Assembly: GCA_964016885.1 (NCBI GenBank)
Contig: OZ024751.1
Location: forward strand, 14,632,001 to 14,696,000
Origin: Eledone cirrhosa
Lineage: Eukaryota
Length of the DNA stretch: 64,000 bases
Direction of reading: 5' to 3'
Part shown: piece by piece, positions 27,581-40,159 of the stretch
Layout of the letters: every line of letters begins with the position of its first letter
Numbering within the stretch: the first letter of the stretch is position 1
Notes under the pieces: generated by a model
Seen by the model: only the letters and a program-made list of their open reading frames with translations
What the model was told of the DNA's origin: nothing
The model's database searches: none
Position numbers and translations under genes: made by a program

Positions 27581-28586
27581 GGCCTTGTTTGTTTGAGATG
27601 GAATTATGTCCACTAACTGAAAGATCCATTAATTTCACTAACCGTAATTAAAACATTACAACTAATTAGTTTAATAAAATAAACAACAATAATGCTCAAC
27701 GGTTTTGTTACCATATTCCTAATGAAATACATTACATTGAAATTAATTAACGAAGATTCTAGAAAGACTTGTTATAATTATTTATTACTTCGTTAAGATG
27801 TTTGTAATATTACTTAAACATTTTTATATATCAAATCATGTTAGAAGATTGTAGTTTAACCCTTTAAATGCTAAAGGGTCAAATAAGACAGGAACCCTTT
27901 GAAATGGGAGTGGGGTTGTTTCAATGGAATCAGAAGTGGTTTGGGGGTGAGCTTGGTATCAAAGGAGTTAAAGAGAGAGAAGGGTAAGGGGCCTTTCTGT
28001 CCCTTTATATCATCACATCACTTTCTTTCCTGTGCATTGTGTTCTTGAGCAAGACATTTCATTTCATGCTGCTTTTTATGTATTTGTGAAAACACCTGTG
28101 AAACCTTCTATGGGGTGTATCCAGCTGTAGAAACCATAGCGGAACTGGAACGAAGACATATGTGGCCCCTAATTTATCTAGGAAGGCAGTAAGCCCTGAT
28201 AAAATACTAAGACTAAGTTAGTCTCTGATAATTCATCCAATCCATGTTAATATGGAAAAACCGATGTTAAACGTTGATGATTATATATAGAAAATGACAG
28301 TCCACACTGTAAAGTGGTCATGTAGGTGTCATAACAAAAAGCGCCCAGCCCATAAAGTGGTCATGTAGGTATCACGACAAAAAGCACCCAGTACACACTG
28401 TACAAGTGGTTGGCATTAGGAAAGGCATCCAGCTGAAGAAATCAAGCCAAAATCGGTTCTGTATGAACAAGACACAGTCATCTGATCTGGTTTGTCTCAC
28501 AACAGGACAACTAGTCTAACCCATGCTAGTGAGGAAAAATGGATGTTAAACAATGATGATGATATGTATATAAAGTTGTGTGTGTG

Positions 28587-28645
<59 letters not shown>

Positions 28646-28720
28646 CCATGGTTCAATCGGGGGTAACCACAGTTAGTAGGATACTCAATACATAGAGTAT
28701 ATAGTGTTTAATATAGAAAT

Positions 28721-28816
28721 GGCTTCTACAGGACTAGAACTGTTTGATTTAAAGGAAATCATCAGGAAAGGCTGATGATTTTCTTCGAATGAAACAGTTC
28801 TAGTGCTGTAAAAGCC
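28721..28816. ncRNA. Back-to-back pair of family D hammerhead motifs (minus copy has GAAA>CAAA; plus copy has intact core but no good stem I)
   Basis: + strand CTGATGA 28772-78, GAAA 28791-94, cag..ctg stem III, TA; inverted copy at 28721-28768. Confidence 0.6.
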
Positions 28817-29809
28817 ACATATATGTACATATATATGTGCGTGTGTGTGTATATATATATATATATGTGTGTGTCTAATCCGTCTAACGCATGTTAGCGT
28901 GGAAGATAGACATTAAACGATGATATGTATGTCTTCATCATCATCATCACCATCATCATCACCATCATTTTACGTCCACTTTTCCCTGCTTGCAGTAATG
29001 TGTGTGTATTTATTCTAAGTATAGATGCATTTCAGTTGATTTGAACGTTAAATAAAAACCTGTTACATTTGGAAGATGGTGCTATTGTTGTCTAAGAGAA
29101 GTAAACAAAAATGTTGAGAAAGCTGTTGGAACTTTTTACAAAGCAGATGAAACATTAAAAAATCATTATGTAACGGAGCTGTGAAACAAAACCTCTGTGT
29201 TAAACGATACTTAAAAACATTTTAGATATCAAAATATTAAAACTTCAAAAAAAATATTACAAAACTTCACCATCTAAATATAATGTGTTGGTTAGCTGTC
29301 TCAGATTATAGTCAAGGTTTGGATTTTTGCCCATTTCTCAGGCATAAAATATGGTAGGGGTACTTCATCATCATCACCATCATCATCATCACCATCACCA
29401 CCATCACAACCACTATCATCACCGTCAACACTGTTATCACCATCATCACCACCATCACCACCACAACCACCATCATTACCATCACCACTATCATCACCAC
29501 CATCACCACTATCATCACCACCATCACCACCGTTTAACATCATTTTTCCATGCTGGCATCGGTTAGATGAGTTATCCTGTTGAGAGAAATGCTAGGTCAG
29601 GTGACCATGTCATGCTCACGAGAATATACGGTTGCCTCTCTTAAAACAAAGAGTCACTTTTTATTCAAGGACATAAATGGAACGAGATCCCATAACTCCT
29701 TGTGGAGTTAGAGGCACTGTAATACGGTGTCATGTCTAGGGCACTTTTAAGCCTGGTAGAGGCCAACCCTCTCCAGGTCTGAACACAGTTGATTTTTTTC
29801 TATAGAGGA

Positions 29810-29968
29810 AGAATCAACCCCAGTACTGGACTGGTACCTTTTTTATCGACCTCGAAAGGATGAAAGGCAAAGTTGACCTTCGCGGGATTTGAACTCAGAG
29901 GGCGCAATGAGGTGAGACAAATACCGTAAAGCATTCTATCCGACGTCTTAACGACTCTGCCAATTCAT
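29810..29968 (-). mobile_element. SINE S2-related copy
   Basis: tatcgacctcgaaaggatgaaaggcaaagttgacc..gatttgaactcag. Confidence 0.78.
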
Positions 29969-30702
29969 TGGACCAAGTGTTATTTAGACCAGATTACACA
30001 AATGACAAGGATTTTTCTCACTTCACTTGGTGTTTGCGTTTAGATCAAAATATTCTTTATTCACATAAAAATAAATTATCACAAATCGTTATATGACCTA
30101 ATAATGGTGGTAATTCTAAGACATTATACAAATGTTAGTTCACTCAGTACATTCTTGTGTCTGTTGATCTCAGCAAAGTCAACAGACCCAATATACCAGT
30201 AGAATACTTGCGGCTCATTTAATTGACTTCACGAGTATTTTCCAGGGTCTCTTTGGCGCCACGCAGTAATACAGAAGACCCGCCTTCCCTACGTACAAAG
30301 TTAACCTACAGTCAGTAGGCACCTCTTAACCAAATATACACCCCAACCCACTACTCCTACTTCATCCCCCCACTCCACCCTTTCTCTGTAACGTTATGTT
30401 GGTACCACTACATCCACTCCAAATTAAAGAGGTCGTCTAGGAGACACGGTAAAAAGGCTCCCAGTCCACACTGTAAATGTGGTTGGTGTTAGGAGGGATA
30501 TCCAGCTGTAGAAATCAAGCCAGATACAGTCCTATACGAGCGAGACATGGTCACCCGACCAACCTTTCCTCAAGTGGGACAATTCCCGTCTAACCCATGC
30601 TAGCGTGGAAGATAGTCGTTAAACGCTGATGATAACTTAAACCCTACCCACATCGACTACATCAGGATGTCTCAGGACCGAGACAATTTAACCCCCACCC
30701 AA

Positions 30703-30855
<153 letters not shown>

Positions 30856-31039
30856 AATAAGATACACACATAGATACATAAATATATAAGTGTGTGATGT
30901 CCCACCTTCACCAGTTTTGCTCAATGACTGGACTAGTTGAAATAATCAGAAGAATTAAAATAATAATTTAATCAGAGCTATTTATCAAATTATAAATGCG
31001 AGGAAAGTCCCTACTGCAGTTTCATCCAGCGTTTTGCAA

Positions 31040-31450
31040 TATGCTAATGTCAAGATAATTTAACCCCAAACCACATCACATTGACTACACCAGTATTAGC
31101 CAGGGCCAAGACAACTTATTCTCTCCCCCCCCCCCCCCCCCCCCCCACCACCACCATCCTACATCACATTGACTACACCAGTATAAGCCAGGGTCAAGTC
31201 AACTTACCCGCCCCACTCCACCATCCTACATCACAATGACTATACCAGTATTAGCTAATGTCAAGACAACTTACCCTGCACCAAACCACATTGACTACAC
31301 CAGTATTAGCCAGGGTCAAGACAACTTAACTCCCTACCACCACCACCACCCCCTAGCCAGGGTCAAGATAACTTAACCCCCCCACCACCAGCCTACATCA
31401 CAACTACATCAGTATCAGCTAAGGTCAAAACAACTTAACTCCCCCACCAA
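31040..31450. repeat. Diverged tandem repeat of about 60 bp
   Basis: cacattgactacaccagtattagccagggtcaagacaactta. Confidence 0.8.
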
Positions 31451-31823
31451 CCTACAAAGTGTCTTCTTCAAAAGAGAAGATAGAAGACATTTTGTAAGAA
31501 AGCCTTTCAGAGACATAACCTTGTTGTTTTATGATGTTATGGAAGACATTGTTTTACAGAGGAAGTTACAGAGGAAGAGAGGAAGTTTCAATGAAGGATT
31601 TAGGTGAGAGACCAACAACAACAGGGGAGATAAATATTGCGATAAAATAGCCAGGGGACAAAAGAGAGGAGCGTGTATTATATAAATACATACATTATAT
31701 ACATAAACATACATACACAAACATATATATACATACACACACACAAACAAACATATATATACATACATACAGACACAAACATATATACATACACAAACAT
31801 ATATATATATATACACACACAAA

Positions 31824-31875
<52 letters not shown>

Positions 31876-31919
31876 ATGATATTAAATAAATGGAAACTAT
31901 ATTTATAAAACCATATTTA

Positions 31920-31978
31920 TTCTATTATATATATTTCAAGGATACCAAAACACTTTGGTACGCTTTCTTCAGATAAAA
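31920..31978 (-). ncRNA. Hammerhead ribozyme, family B
   Basis: Reverse complement: ttttat-CTGAAGA-aagcgtaccaaa..tttggtatcctt-GAAA-tatata-TA-atagaa. Confidence 0.8.
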
Positions 31979-32050
31979 TACAAACTTTGTTTTATAAATA
32001 GAGACATACCCAGGAAAATCATACCTTATTGGTTGGATATTCTCTGGATA

Positions 32051-32084
<34 letters not shown>

Positions 32085-32454
32085 TAGATATATATATATA
32101 TATATATATATATAGATATATAAGAGATAGTAACCTTTAGAAAATGACATTCTTTTAATGTTTGAGTTGGCAGAGAGAGAGAGAGAGAGAGTAGAGAAAG
32201 GAAAGGAGGAAAAAGTGTGTGTTTGTGTAGAAAAAGAGAAACAGAGCGTTTGTGTGTGGAACAAGAGAAATAAGGAGAGGGTAGAAAAAAAGGAGAGTGA
32301 GGAAGGTGTATGACATAATTTGTGAATAATAAAGAGAAAAACTGTGATATAACAGTTTTATAAGGAAACTAGACTGGACAAGGAGGATCTATTGGGGGGG
32401 GGGGGCATTTTACATCTCTCTCTCTCTACTCCTCACATATGTTTGATATAACAA

Positions 32455-33057
32455 TGGAGAGAGTGTGGGTGTGTGTGTGTGTGCATGTGAGAGAGTGTGT
32501 GTGTGCATCTGAGAGAGAGTGTGTGTGCATGTGTGAGAGAGAGAGAGTGTGTGTGTGCATGTCAGAGAGAGTGTGTGTGCATGTGAGAGAGAGAGTGTGT
32601 GTGTGTGTGTGTGCGTGTGAGAGAGTGTGTGTGTGTGTGCATGTGAGAGAGTGTGTATGGGGAGAGAGTGTGTGGGAAGAGAGAGAGTGTGGGGGGAGCG
32701 TGGGGGGAGATAGAGAGAGAGTGTGGGGGGAGAGAGAGAGTGTGTGGAAGCTGAGCTAGAGTGTGTATGCATTTGAGAGAGAGTGTGTGTACGTCAGAGT
32801 GTGTGAGAGTGTGTGTGCATGTGAGAGAGATATTGTGTGTACGTCAGAGTGTGTGAGAGTGTGTGTGCATGTGAGAGTGTGTGTGCATGTGAGAGAGATA
32901 TTGTGTGTACGTCAGAGTGTGTGAGAGAGTGTGTGTGCATGTGAGAGATATTGTGTGTATGTCAGAGTGTGTGTCACTGCTTCTTGGAGGAGGGAAGTCC
33001 TTTCACATCTCTCTCCCTCCTTCTCACTACTCCTCCCATATTTCAGTTTGCTAGAAC

Positions 33058-33090
<33 letters not shown>

Positions 33091-33382
33091 ACTGTGCGCG
33101 CGTGTGTGTGTGTGTCTGTGTGAGTAAGTGTGTGTGAGTGTATGTGTATGTAAGTGTCTGTGTGAGTGTATGTGTATGTAAGTGTGTGTGAGTGTAAGTG
33201 TGTGTGTCACTGCTTCTCTATTGAGAAAAACATTCTTTAATCCTAGAAAAATGCAAAGAATGTTCAAGAACAAACACTCTTCAGACACTTTCAATAGAAA
33301 ATTGTTTTAAATCCTCAAAATTGACAACAACATATGTGTGTGTGTGTATATATATGTATATATACATATATACATATATATG

Positions 33383-33420
<38 letters not shown>

Positions 33421-33428
33421 CACACGCA

Positions 33429-33462
<34 letters not shown>

Positions 33463-33466
33463 CACA

Positions 33467-33506
<40 letters not shown>

Positions 33507-33545
33507 CATACATATATACATATATATACACATATACATATATAT

Positions 33546-33582
<37 letters not shown>

Positions 33583-33796
33583 TATACACATATATACATA
33601 TATATATACATATATATACACATATATACATATATATATATATACACTTATATTTCCTCCCCAAGTATAACAAAATATATATATACATATATATATATAT
33701 ACATATATATATACACATATATATATACACATATATATATACACATATATATACACATATATATACACATATATATATACACATATATATATACAC

Positions 33797-33829
<33 letters not shown>

Positions 33830-34168
33830 CATATATATATATACATATATATATATACATATATATATATACATATATATATATACATACATATATATAT
33901 ACATATATATATACATATATACACACACATATATACACACATACATATACATACCTACATACACATGCATATACAAACATATATATATATAAACTGTATT
34001 AGGTGCATTGCAAAAAGAACACAACGTGAATGAAGATTTTTAAATGCATACATATGCATGTGTGTGCAATTCTAAAAGCAGACAAGCACACATACAGCAT
34101 ATATATGTGTGTGCATGTATGTATATATATACATAAATACCTGTGTACTACATATATATATATATATG

Positions 34169-34221
<53 letters not shown>

Positions 34222-34300
34222 TGGCGTAAACATATATGTGTGTGTGCGCGTGCGTAAACATATATATATATGTGTGTGCGTATGGGTGTGTATATATATA
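32455..34300. repeat. Compound GT/GA and TA/CA microsatellite field
   Basis: Direct inspection. Confidence 0.9.
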
Positions 34301-34544
34301 TATGCAGAGGTTATATTTAATTTGTTGGGATTCAACAAGCTTAAACATTTTTATAACTGATATAAACTGATTTTTATAACTGATATAACTGATATAAACT
34401 GATTTATTTATAAAACAAATCTGTATTTTATCTGATGAAAGTGCACCATAATTTGCCTTGATATGCAAATTAGGCTGCTCAGCCGTTAATATGCATAAGG
34501 AAAGTATATACTTTCAGACGTTCAACCATCTGGCAGGAAGGTAT

Positions 34545-34587
34545 ACGTTGCTGACGATAGATAATAAGCTTGAAACTAGTACAGCGT
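34545..34587 (+). ncRNA. Minimal hammerhead ribozyme, family F
   Basis: acgttg-CTGACGA-tagataataagctt-GAAA-ctag-TA-cagcgt; stem I 6 bp, stem II weak. Confidence 0.65.
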
Positions 34588-34745
34588 TCCTTGGTCAGTG
34601 TTGAACAAATGAGCAACGATGGTTGCTAGACACTGTACGGCTTAATTCGGGATGTTTGTTTACAAACACACCGAGCATTATAATAAATGTTTGGTGAATC
34701 CATACGTACATATATATATGTGTGCATGTATGTATATCATCAATA

Positions 34746-35100
34746 TCATCATTTCATTTTACGTCCGCTTTTTCCCTGCTTGCAAGGGTGGGACGGGAAC
34801 TGATTTTGGCTTGATTTCTACAGCTGGATGCCCTTCCTAACACCAACCTCATTTACAGTGAGTCCTGGGTGCTTTTTTTGCCGTGGCACCTCCACGACCA
34901 CTTTGCAGTGGAATGATAGGGACCCCAGTCCCTATCATCTCATTTCTACAGCTGAGTAAACTGGAGCAATGTGAAATAAAGTGTCTTGCTCAAGGAAACA
35001 ACACATCACCCGGTCTGAGGATTGAACTCACAACCTTTCGATTGCAAGGCCAATGCTCTAACCACTAAGCCATGTGCCTCCATGGAAGCCATGTGCCTCC
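34746..35100 (-). mobile_element. SINE S1, full length, with short 5'-end duplication
   Basis: Same sequence as 454-783; aagccatgtgcctcc is repeated. Confidence 0.9.
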
Positions 35101-35322
35101 ATATATATACATACTACTGTACGTCTGTATACATATATGTATGTACGTATACATACTTATATATATATATATATATATATATATGACGGACCCAACATAT
35201 TTATCAATGCCAGTACTGGTTGTATCTCAGCGTACTCAATAGGCAATGTAAGATACATTACCAGAGTATACACAGTTATTTGCCTCAACACAACACACGT
35301 TAAACGGGTGCCTATAATGGTT

Positions 35323-35432
35323 CCCGGACTCGAGTTTCTGCCGCACTAATGCAGCAGTAAGGTGCACTGCACCATCCGTCTGCATATATTATGCAACAAT
35401 GCACAATCGGCTTATGCGGCTTCATCAGCGGG
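35323..35432 (-). ncRNA. Hammerhead ribozyme with extended (about 83 nt) stem II domain, family H
   Basis: Reverse complement: cccg-CTGATGA-agccgcat...gtgcggca-GAAA-ctcgag-TC-cggg; GUC triplet. Confidence 0.75.
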
Positions 35433-35454
35433 TATCGCCTAATCATATATATAT

Positions 35455-35644
35455 AACAAAGGAAATTTGGTCAGGAACCAGATGGACCATAACGCACCAG
35501 AGTACTCAATACTTAGAGTAGTAGAGTGGGAAATAGGAAAAAGTATGACCCCGACGGCAGAGCTCAAGCAGTTTCGACGGCTATTTCTGGAAATAGCCGT
35601 TGAAACTGCTTGAACTCTGTCGTCGGGGTCATACTTTTTCCTAT
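35455..35644. mobile_element. Family E fold-back element (about 110 bp palindrome of hammerhead 3' halves plus tail)
   Basis: Arms 35533-35587 and 35590-35644; homologous to 50107-50230 and 63711-63897. Confidence 0.65.
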
Positions 35645-35713
35645 ATATATATATATATATATATATACACAATATATTAGCAAATGGAAACTATATTTAT
35701 AAAACCATATTTA

Positions 35714-35775
35714 TTTCATTATACATATTTCAAGGGCCACCAAGGCAGATTATGGTGCGCTTTCATCAGATAAAA
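35714..35775 (-). ncRNA. Hammerhead ribozyme, family B
   Basis: Reverse complement: ttttat-CTGATGA-aagcgcacca..tggtggccctt-GAAA-tatgta-TA-atgaaa. Confidence 0.8.
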
Positions 35776-35857
35776 TATAATATAGATTAGTTTTATAAAT
35801 AAATATTGACATAACCTGAAAAATGCAACCTTCACGGTTGGAGTCTCCTGGATAGTC

Positions 35858-35892
<35 letters not shown>

Positions 35893-36086
35893 TATATATG
35901 TATACATACACACGAATACATGTGTACTATATATATATATAACCAAAAGTTAAACAAGGTTCATTGACTAATCAATGAATATAGTTTTACAATAGATTAG
36001 AAGCACTCAATAAAAATAGTTTTCTGGAGTTATTAATATTAATTCAAAATATTAATAAATATAGACATTCACGTAATCAAAATATA

Positions 36087-36148
36087 TTTTATTATATATA
36101 TTTCGGAGGTACTGTGCTGTTTTTTCAGTACGTCTTCATCAGATAAAA
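36087..36148 (-). ncRNA. Hammerhead ribozyme, family A (left arm of inverted pair)
   Basis: Reverse complement: ttttat-CTGATGA-agacgtactg..cagtacctcc-GAAA-tatata-TA-ataaaa. Confidence 0.8.
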
Positions 36149-36213
36149 TATATAAATTGATGTATGACATACCTCAACTGTGCTGATGGTTCAATTCCAG
36201 TCTTGGCAGTATA

Positions 36214-36277
36214 TTTTATCTGATGAGGACGTACTGAAAAAACAGCACAGTACCTCCGAAATATATATATAATAAAA
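36214..36277 (+). ncRNA. Hammerhead ribozyme, family A (right arm of inverted pair)
   Basis: ttttat-CTGATGA-ggacgtactg..cagtacctcc-GAAA-tatatata-TA-ataaaa. Confidence 0.85.
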
Positions 36278-36535
36278 TATATTTTGATTACGTTGAATGT
36301 CTATATTTATTAATATTCTGAATTTATATATATATATACACACAGATAAATCTACCACTCAACAGTATTATATATATATACAATATATTAATAAATGGAA
36401 ACTCATCATCATCACCGTTTTACGTCCGTTCTTCCACGCTAGCATGGGTTAGACGGGTTGTCCTGTTGTGGGCAGTGTCTGGTCGGCTGACCATGCCTTG
36501 CTCATACAGGAACTATATTTATAAAACCATAATTA

Positions 36536-36596
36536 TTTTATTATATATATTTCAAGGGCTACCAAGGTTGTCTTGGTGCGCTTTCATCAGATAAAA
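36536..36596 (-). ncRNA. Hammerhead ribozyme, family B
   Basis: Reverse complement: ttttat-CTGATGA-aagcgcaccaag..cttggtagccctt-GAAA-tatata-TA-ataaaa. Confidence 0.85.
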
Positions 36597-36858
36597 TACA
36601 AGATTAGTTTTATAAATATTGACATAACCGTGGAAAACCTACCTTGACGGTTGAAGGTTCGCTGGATAGAGGAAAATATTTTTATTGAGGATAATTCAAA
36701 GTTCTGTGTGGGTATGCAAATGAATGTCCGAAAAATTTATTAATATATATTTTATTAATATATTGAATATTTACTCCAGTAAACTGTTGAGTGCTTTATA
36801 TCAGTTATAAACTTTTAAGCTTGTTGGAATCCCAACAAATTAAATATAACTTCTGCAT

Positions 36859-36896
<38 letters not shown>

Positions 36897-37245
36897 TTCT
36901 GTGGTGTCCAAGAGTTGAATTATTGCCTGCCAGATTTAATAAAATTTAATTACCAGTAATATAACGGTGCTGACATAGTTGGCAGATATCATCCATTAAA
37001 CCTTCTCGCGTAGAATGTAATAATATTACATAACGCAGCCATGATTCAGCAGTCACAGCTGTGAAGATTCCACCCTCTAAACTAATATATATATATATAT
37101 ATATATAATGGATCTCCGTCAATTTTCATGATGAGTTATTTATTCTAACACTGAAATAGCTTACTCACAGTCAGTGTCCATATGAAACTGTATTAAGACA
37201 ATGTTGAAAAGTACTAAAACAACACTTATTGTTGCCCTGTAAACT

Positions 37246-37322
<77 letters not shown>

Positions 37323-37637
37323 ATATTAACAAATGGAAACTATATTTATAAAACCGTTGGAATCTCCTGGAGTTATTAGATTTATTGTTGGTTTATTATG
37401 AAAATTAGTGTTGGAGATGTTTAAAACAGTATATTTAAATTAAGCCGTTGGAATAGGGAAGAGAAAAATTGAATATTGTATATTTACTCCAATAATTTGT
37501 TGAGTGCTTTATATCAGTTATAAAAATATTTAGCTTGTTGTATCCCAACAAAATAAATATAATCTCTACACATATATATATATATATATATATATATCAG
37601 ATGTGAGAAAAACCACAGACCCTCCATCTCAACTCTA

Positions 37638-37673
37638 CTTTTGAAAAGCAGAAGAACTGCGAAACCGGTAAAG
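37638..37673 (+). ncRNA. Minimal hammerhead variant with U3-A8 core, family I
   Basis: ctt-TTGAAAA-gcag-aagaa-ctgc-GAAA-ccgg-TA-aag; located in a unique segment between two (TA)n tracts. Confidence 0.6.
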
Positions 37674-37832
37674 GAACCAAATAAATGTATATATTTTTTA
37701 AAAAATAAGACTCCAGTTGCATTTTCGATATCTTTTTTTTTCTTTATACTTTCACTCGTGTAGGACACCTCGGTTGTTTTTCATTTTGTAAAAAAAACCT
37801 CACTTTCTAATATATATATATATATATATATA

Positions 37833-38089
37833 TTCCTTGAGCAAGACACTTTATTTCACATTGCTCCAGTTTACTCAGCTGTAGAAATGAGATGATAGGG
37901 ACTGGGGTCCCTATCATTCCACTGCAAAGTGGTCGTGGAGGTGCCTAGGCAAAAAAGCACCCTGCACTCACTGTAAATAAGGTTGGTGTTAGGAAGGGCA
38001 TCCAGCTGTAGAAATCAAGCCAGTATCAGTTCCCGTCCCACCCTTGCAAGCAGGGAAAAGTGGGCGTAAAATAAAATGATGAAAATGAT
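37833..38089 (+). mobile_element. SINE S1, 5'-truncated
   Basis: Starts at ttccttgagcaagacac directly after (TA)n. Confidence 0.88.
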
Positions 38090-38264
38090 ATATCATGGAT
38101 CTCCGTCATTCTCCATGATGAGTAATCCAGTTATTTACTCAATCACTTAAATAGCTTACTCACAGAGTCGAAACGTCCTGTACCACATGAAACCGTATTA
38201 ACAAGACATTGTTGAATAGTACTAAAACAACACTATGGTTGCCCTGTAACTAACTAATATAATC

Positions 38265-38587
38265 ATCATCATCATCATCATCATCATTTAACGTCCACTT
38301 TTCCTTGCTTGCAAGGATGGGACGGGAACTGATTCTGGCTTGATTTCTACAGCTGGATGCCCTTCCTAACACCAACCTCATTTACAGTGAGTGCTGGGTG
38401 CTTTTTTGCCATGGCACCTCCACGACAGGGACTCCAGTCCCTATCATCTCATTTCTACAGCTGAGTAAACAGGAGCAATGTGAAATAAAGTGTCTTGCTC
38501 AAGGAAACAACACATCACCTGGTCTGAGAATTGAACTCACAACCTTTCGATTGCAAGGCCAATGCTCTAACCACTAAGCCATGTGCT
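38265..38587 (-). mobile_element. SINE S1 with small internal deletion
   Basis: Matches 454-783 but lacks the cactttgcagtggaatgat segment. Confidence 0.88.
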
Positions 38588-38652
38588 ATATATATATATA
38601 TATATACAATGATATGAAATAAATGGAAACTATATTTATAAAACCATATTTA

Positions 38653-38713
38653 TTTTATTATATATATTTCAAGGGTAACCAAAACAACATTGGTACACTT
38701 TCATCAGATAAAA
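38653..38713 (-). ncRNA. Hammerhead ribozyme, family B (left arm of inverted pair)
   Basis: Reverse complement: ttttat-CTGATGA-aagtgtaccaa..ttggttaccctt-GAAA-tatata-TA-ataaaa. Confidence 0.82.
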
Positions 38714-38813
38714 TACAAAGTTTGTTTTATAAATAGAGACATACCCATGAAAATCATACCTTATCGGTTAGAAATTCAATGGATAAGGTATGATTTATAA
38801 AACAAACTTTGTA

Positions 38814-38874
38814 TTTTATCTGATGAAAGCGTACCAATGTTGTCTTGGTTACCCTTGAAATATATATAATAAAA
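38814..38874 (+). ncRNA. Hammerhead ribozyme, family B (right arm of inverted pair)
   Basis: ttttat-CTGATGA-aagcgtaccaa..ttggttaccctt-GAAA-tatata-TA-ataaaa. Confidence 0.85.
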
Positions 38875-39010
38875 TAAATATGGTTTTATAAATATAGTTT
38901 CCATTTATTTAATATCATTGAATACTTACTCCAGTAACCAGTTGAGTGCTCTAAATCAGTTATAAACATTTATGTTTGTCGGACTTCCAACAAATTAAAT
39001 ACCCCTTCTA

Positions 39011-39068
<58 letters not shown>

Positions 39069-39463
39069 ATCACCACCGTTTTACGTCCGTTCTTCCACGC
39101 TACCATGGGTTAGGGTGGGAGGGGTGGGGACATATTGTATCTCCGTCACTCTCAATGATGAGTAATCCAGTTATTTATTCAATCACTGAAATAGCTTACA
39201 CATTAAGTCAATGTCCTGTACTACATAAAGCCACAACAACAGGACATTGTTGAAAAGTACAAAATAGAACTATGAATGCATCATATCAAAAAATAAGTCT
39301 TTAGTTCAGTCTACTGAAAATGTTCACAAAGATCTTTCCACTAATGAAGATACTATGAACATTTGAGTTAACAAATCACATAAAACCATATATTAGGAAG
39401 ACACTGTTGAAACGTATAAAACAACACTATAACTGCATCACATTAAAAAGTAATGTCTTTACT

Positions 39464-39694
39464 TTAACCCTTTGGCATTTACATTACTCTATATTTATAT
39501 TATTGAATTTTTGTGGTAAAAGCTTTACCTCACATAATTATCTCACATAATATCTAGTCTATGAGATTTTGATGTTATTTGTTTTAAGAATAATACTTTA
39601 CTGTCAGCATGATTAGCCAGTTACAGCCAGTTTGAACAGAAAGAGGTGAGAGAATTATGACCTGATATGACTGGTTTAAATGCTAAAGGGTTAA
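39464..39694. mobile_element. piggyBac-like MITE inserted at a TTAA in a diverged tandem repeat
   Basis: The neighbouring repeat unit shows the empty site tctttactttaatactgc at about 39823. Confidence 0.9.
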
Positions 39695-40159
39695 TACTGC
39701 AAATTTTCACAAAGATCTATTTACTCGTAAAGATATTATGAACATTTTGAATTAACAAACCACATTAGTTAGACATTGTTGAAAAGTACAAAACACTATA
39801 ACTGCATTACATTAAAAAGTAGTCTTTACTTTAATACTGCCAATTTTCACAAAGATGTATTTATTAATAAAGATACTACGAACATTTGAATTAACAAACC
39901 ACATAAAACCACATTAGCAAGACAATGTTGAAAAGTACAAACCAGCACTTTGCCTGCATCACATTAAAAATTAAAGTCTTTAGCTAATAAACCAGTTTTG
40001 AGATATTCCCAGCTAAATCATTACAGAGTGTAAAGAGTTAAATGATACTCATGCATGTGTGACATTATTTCTAGTATAATTAACTGCACCACATTAAATG
40101 TTAAAGTCTTCAACACTGCAAATGTTCACTACAATCTGATATCTCCTATTAAAGAAACT

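Noticed and set aside
33281-34024. Many long YI/CV/HT-rich ORFs here and across the window
   Set aside because: Translations of (TA)n, (GT)n and (CA)n microsatellites.
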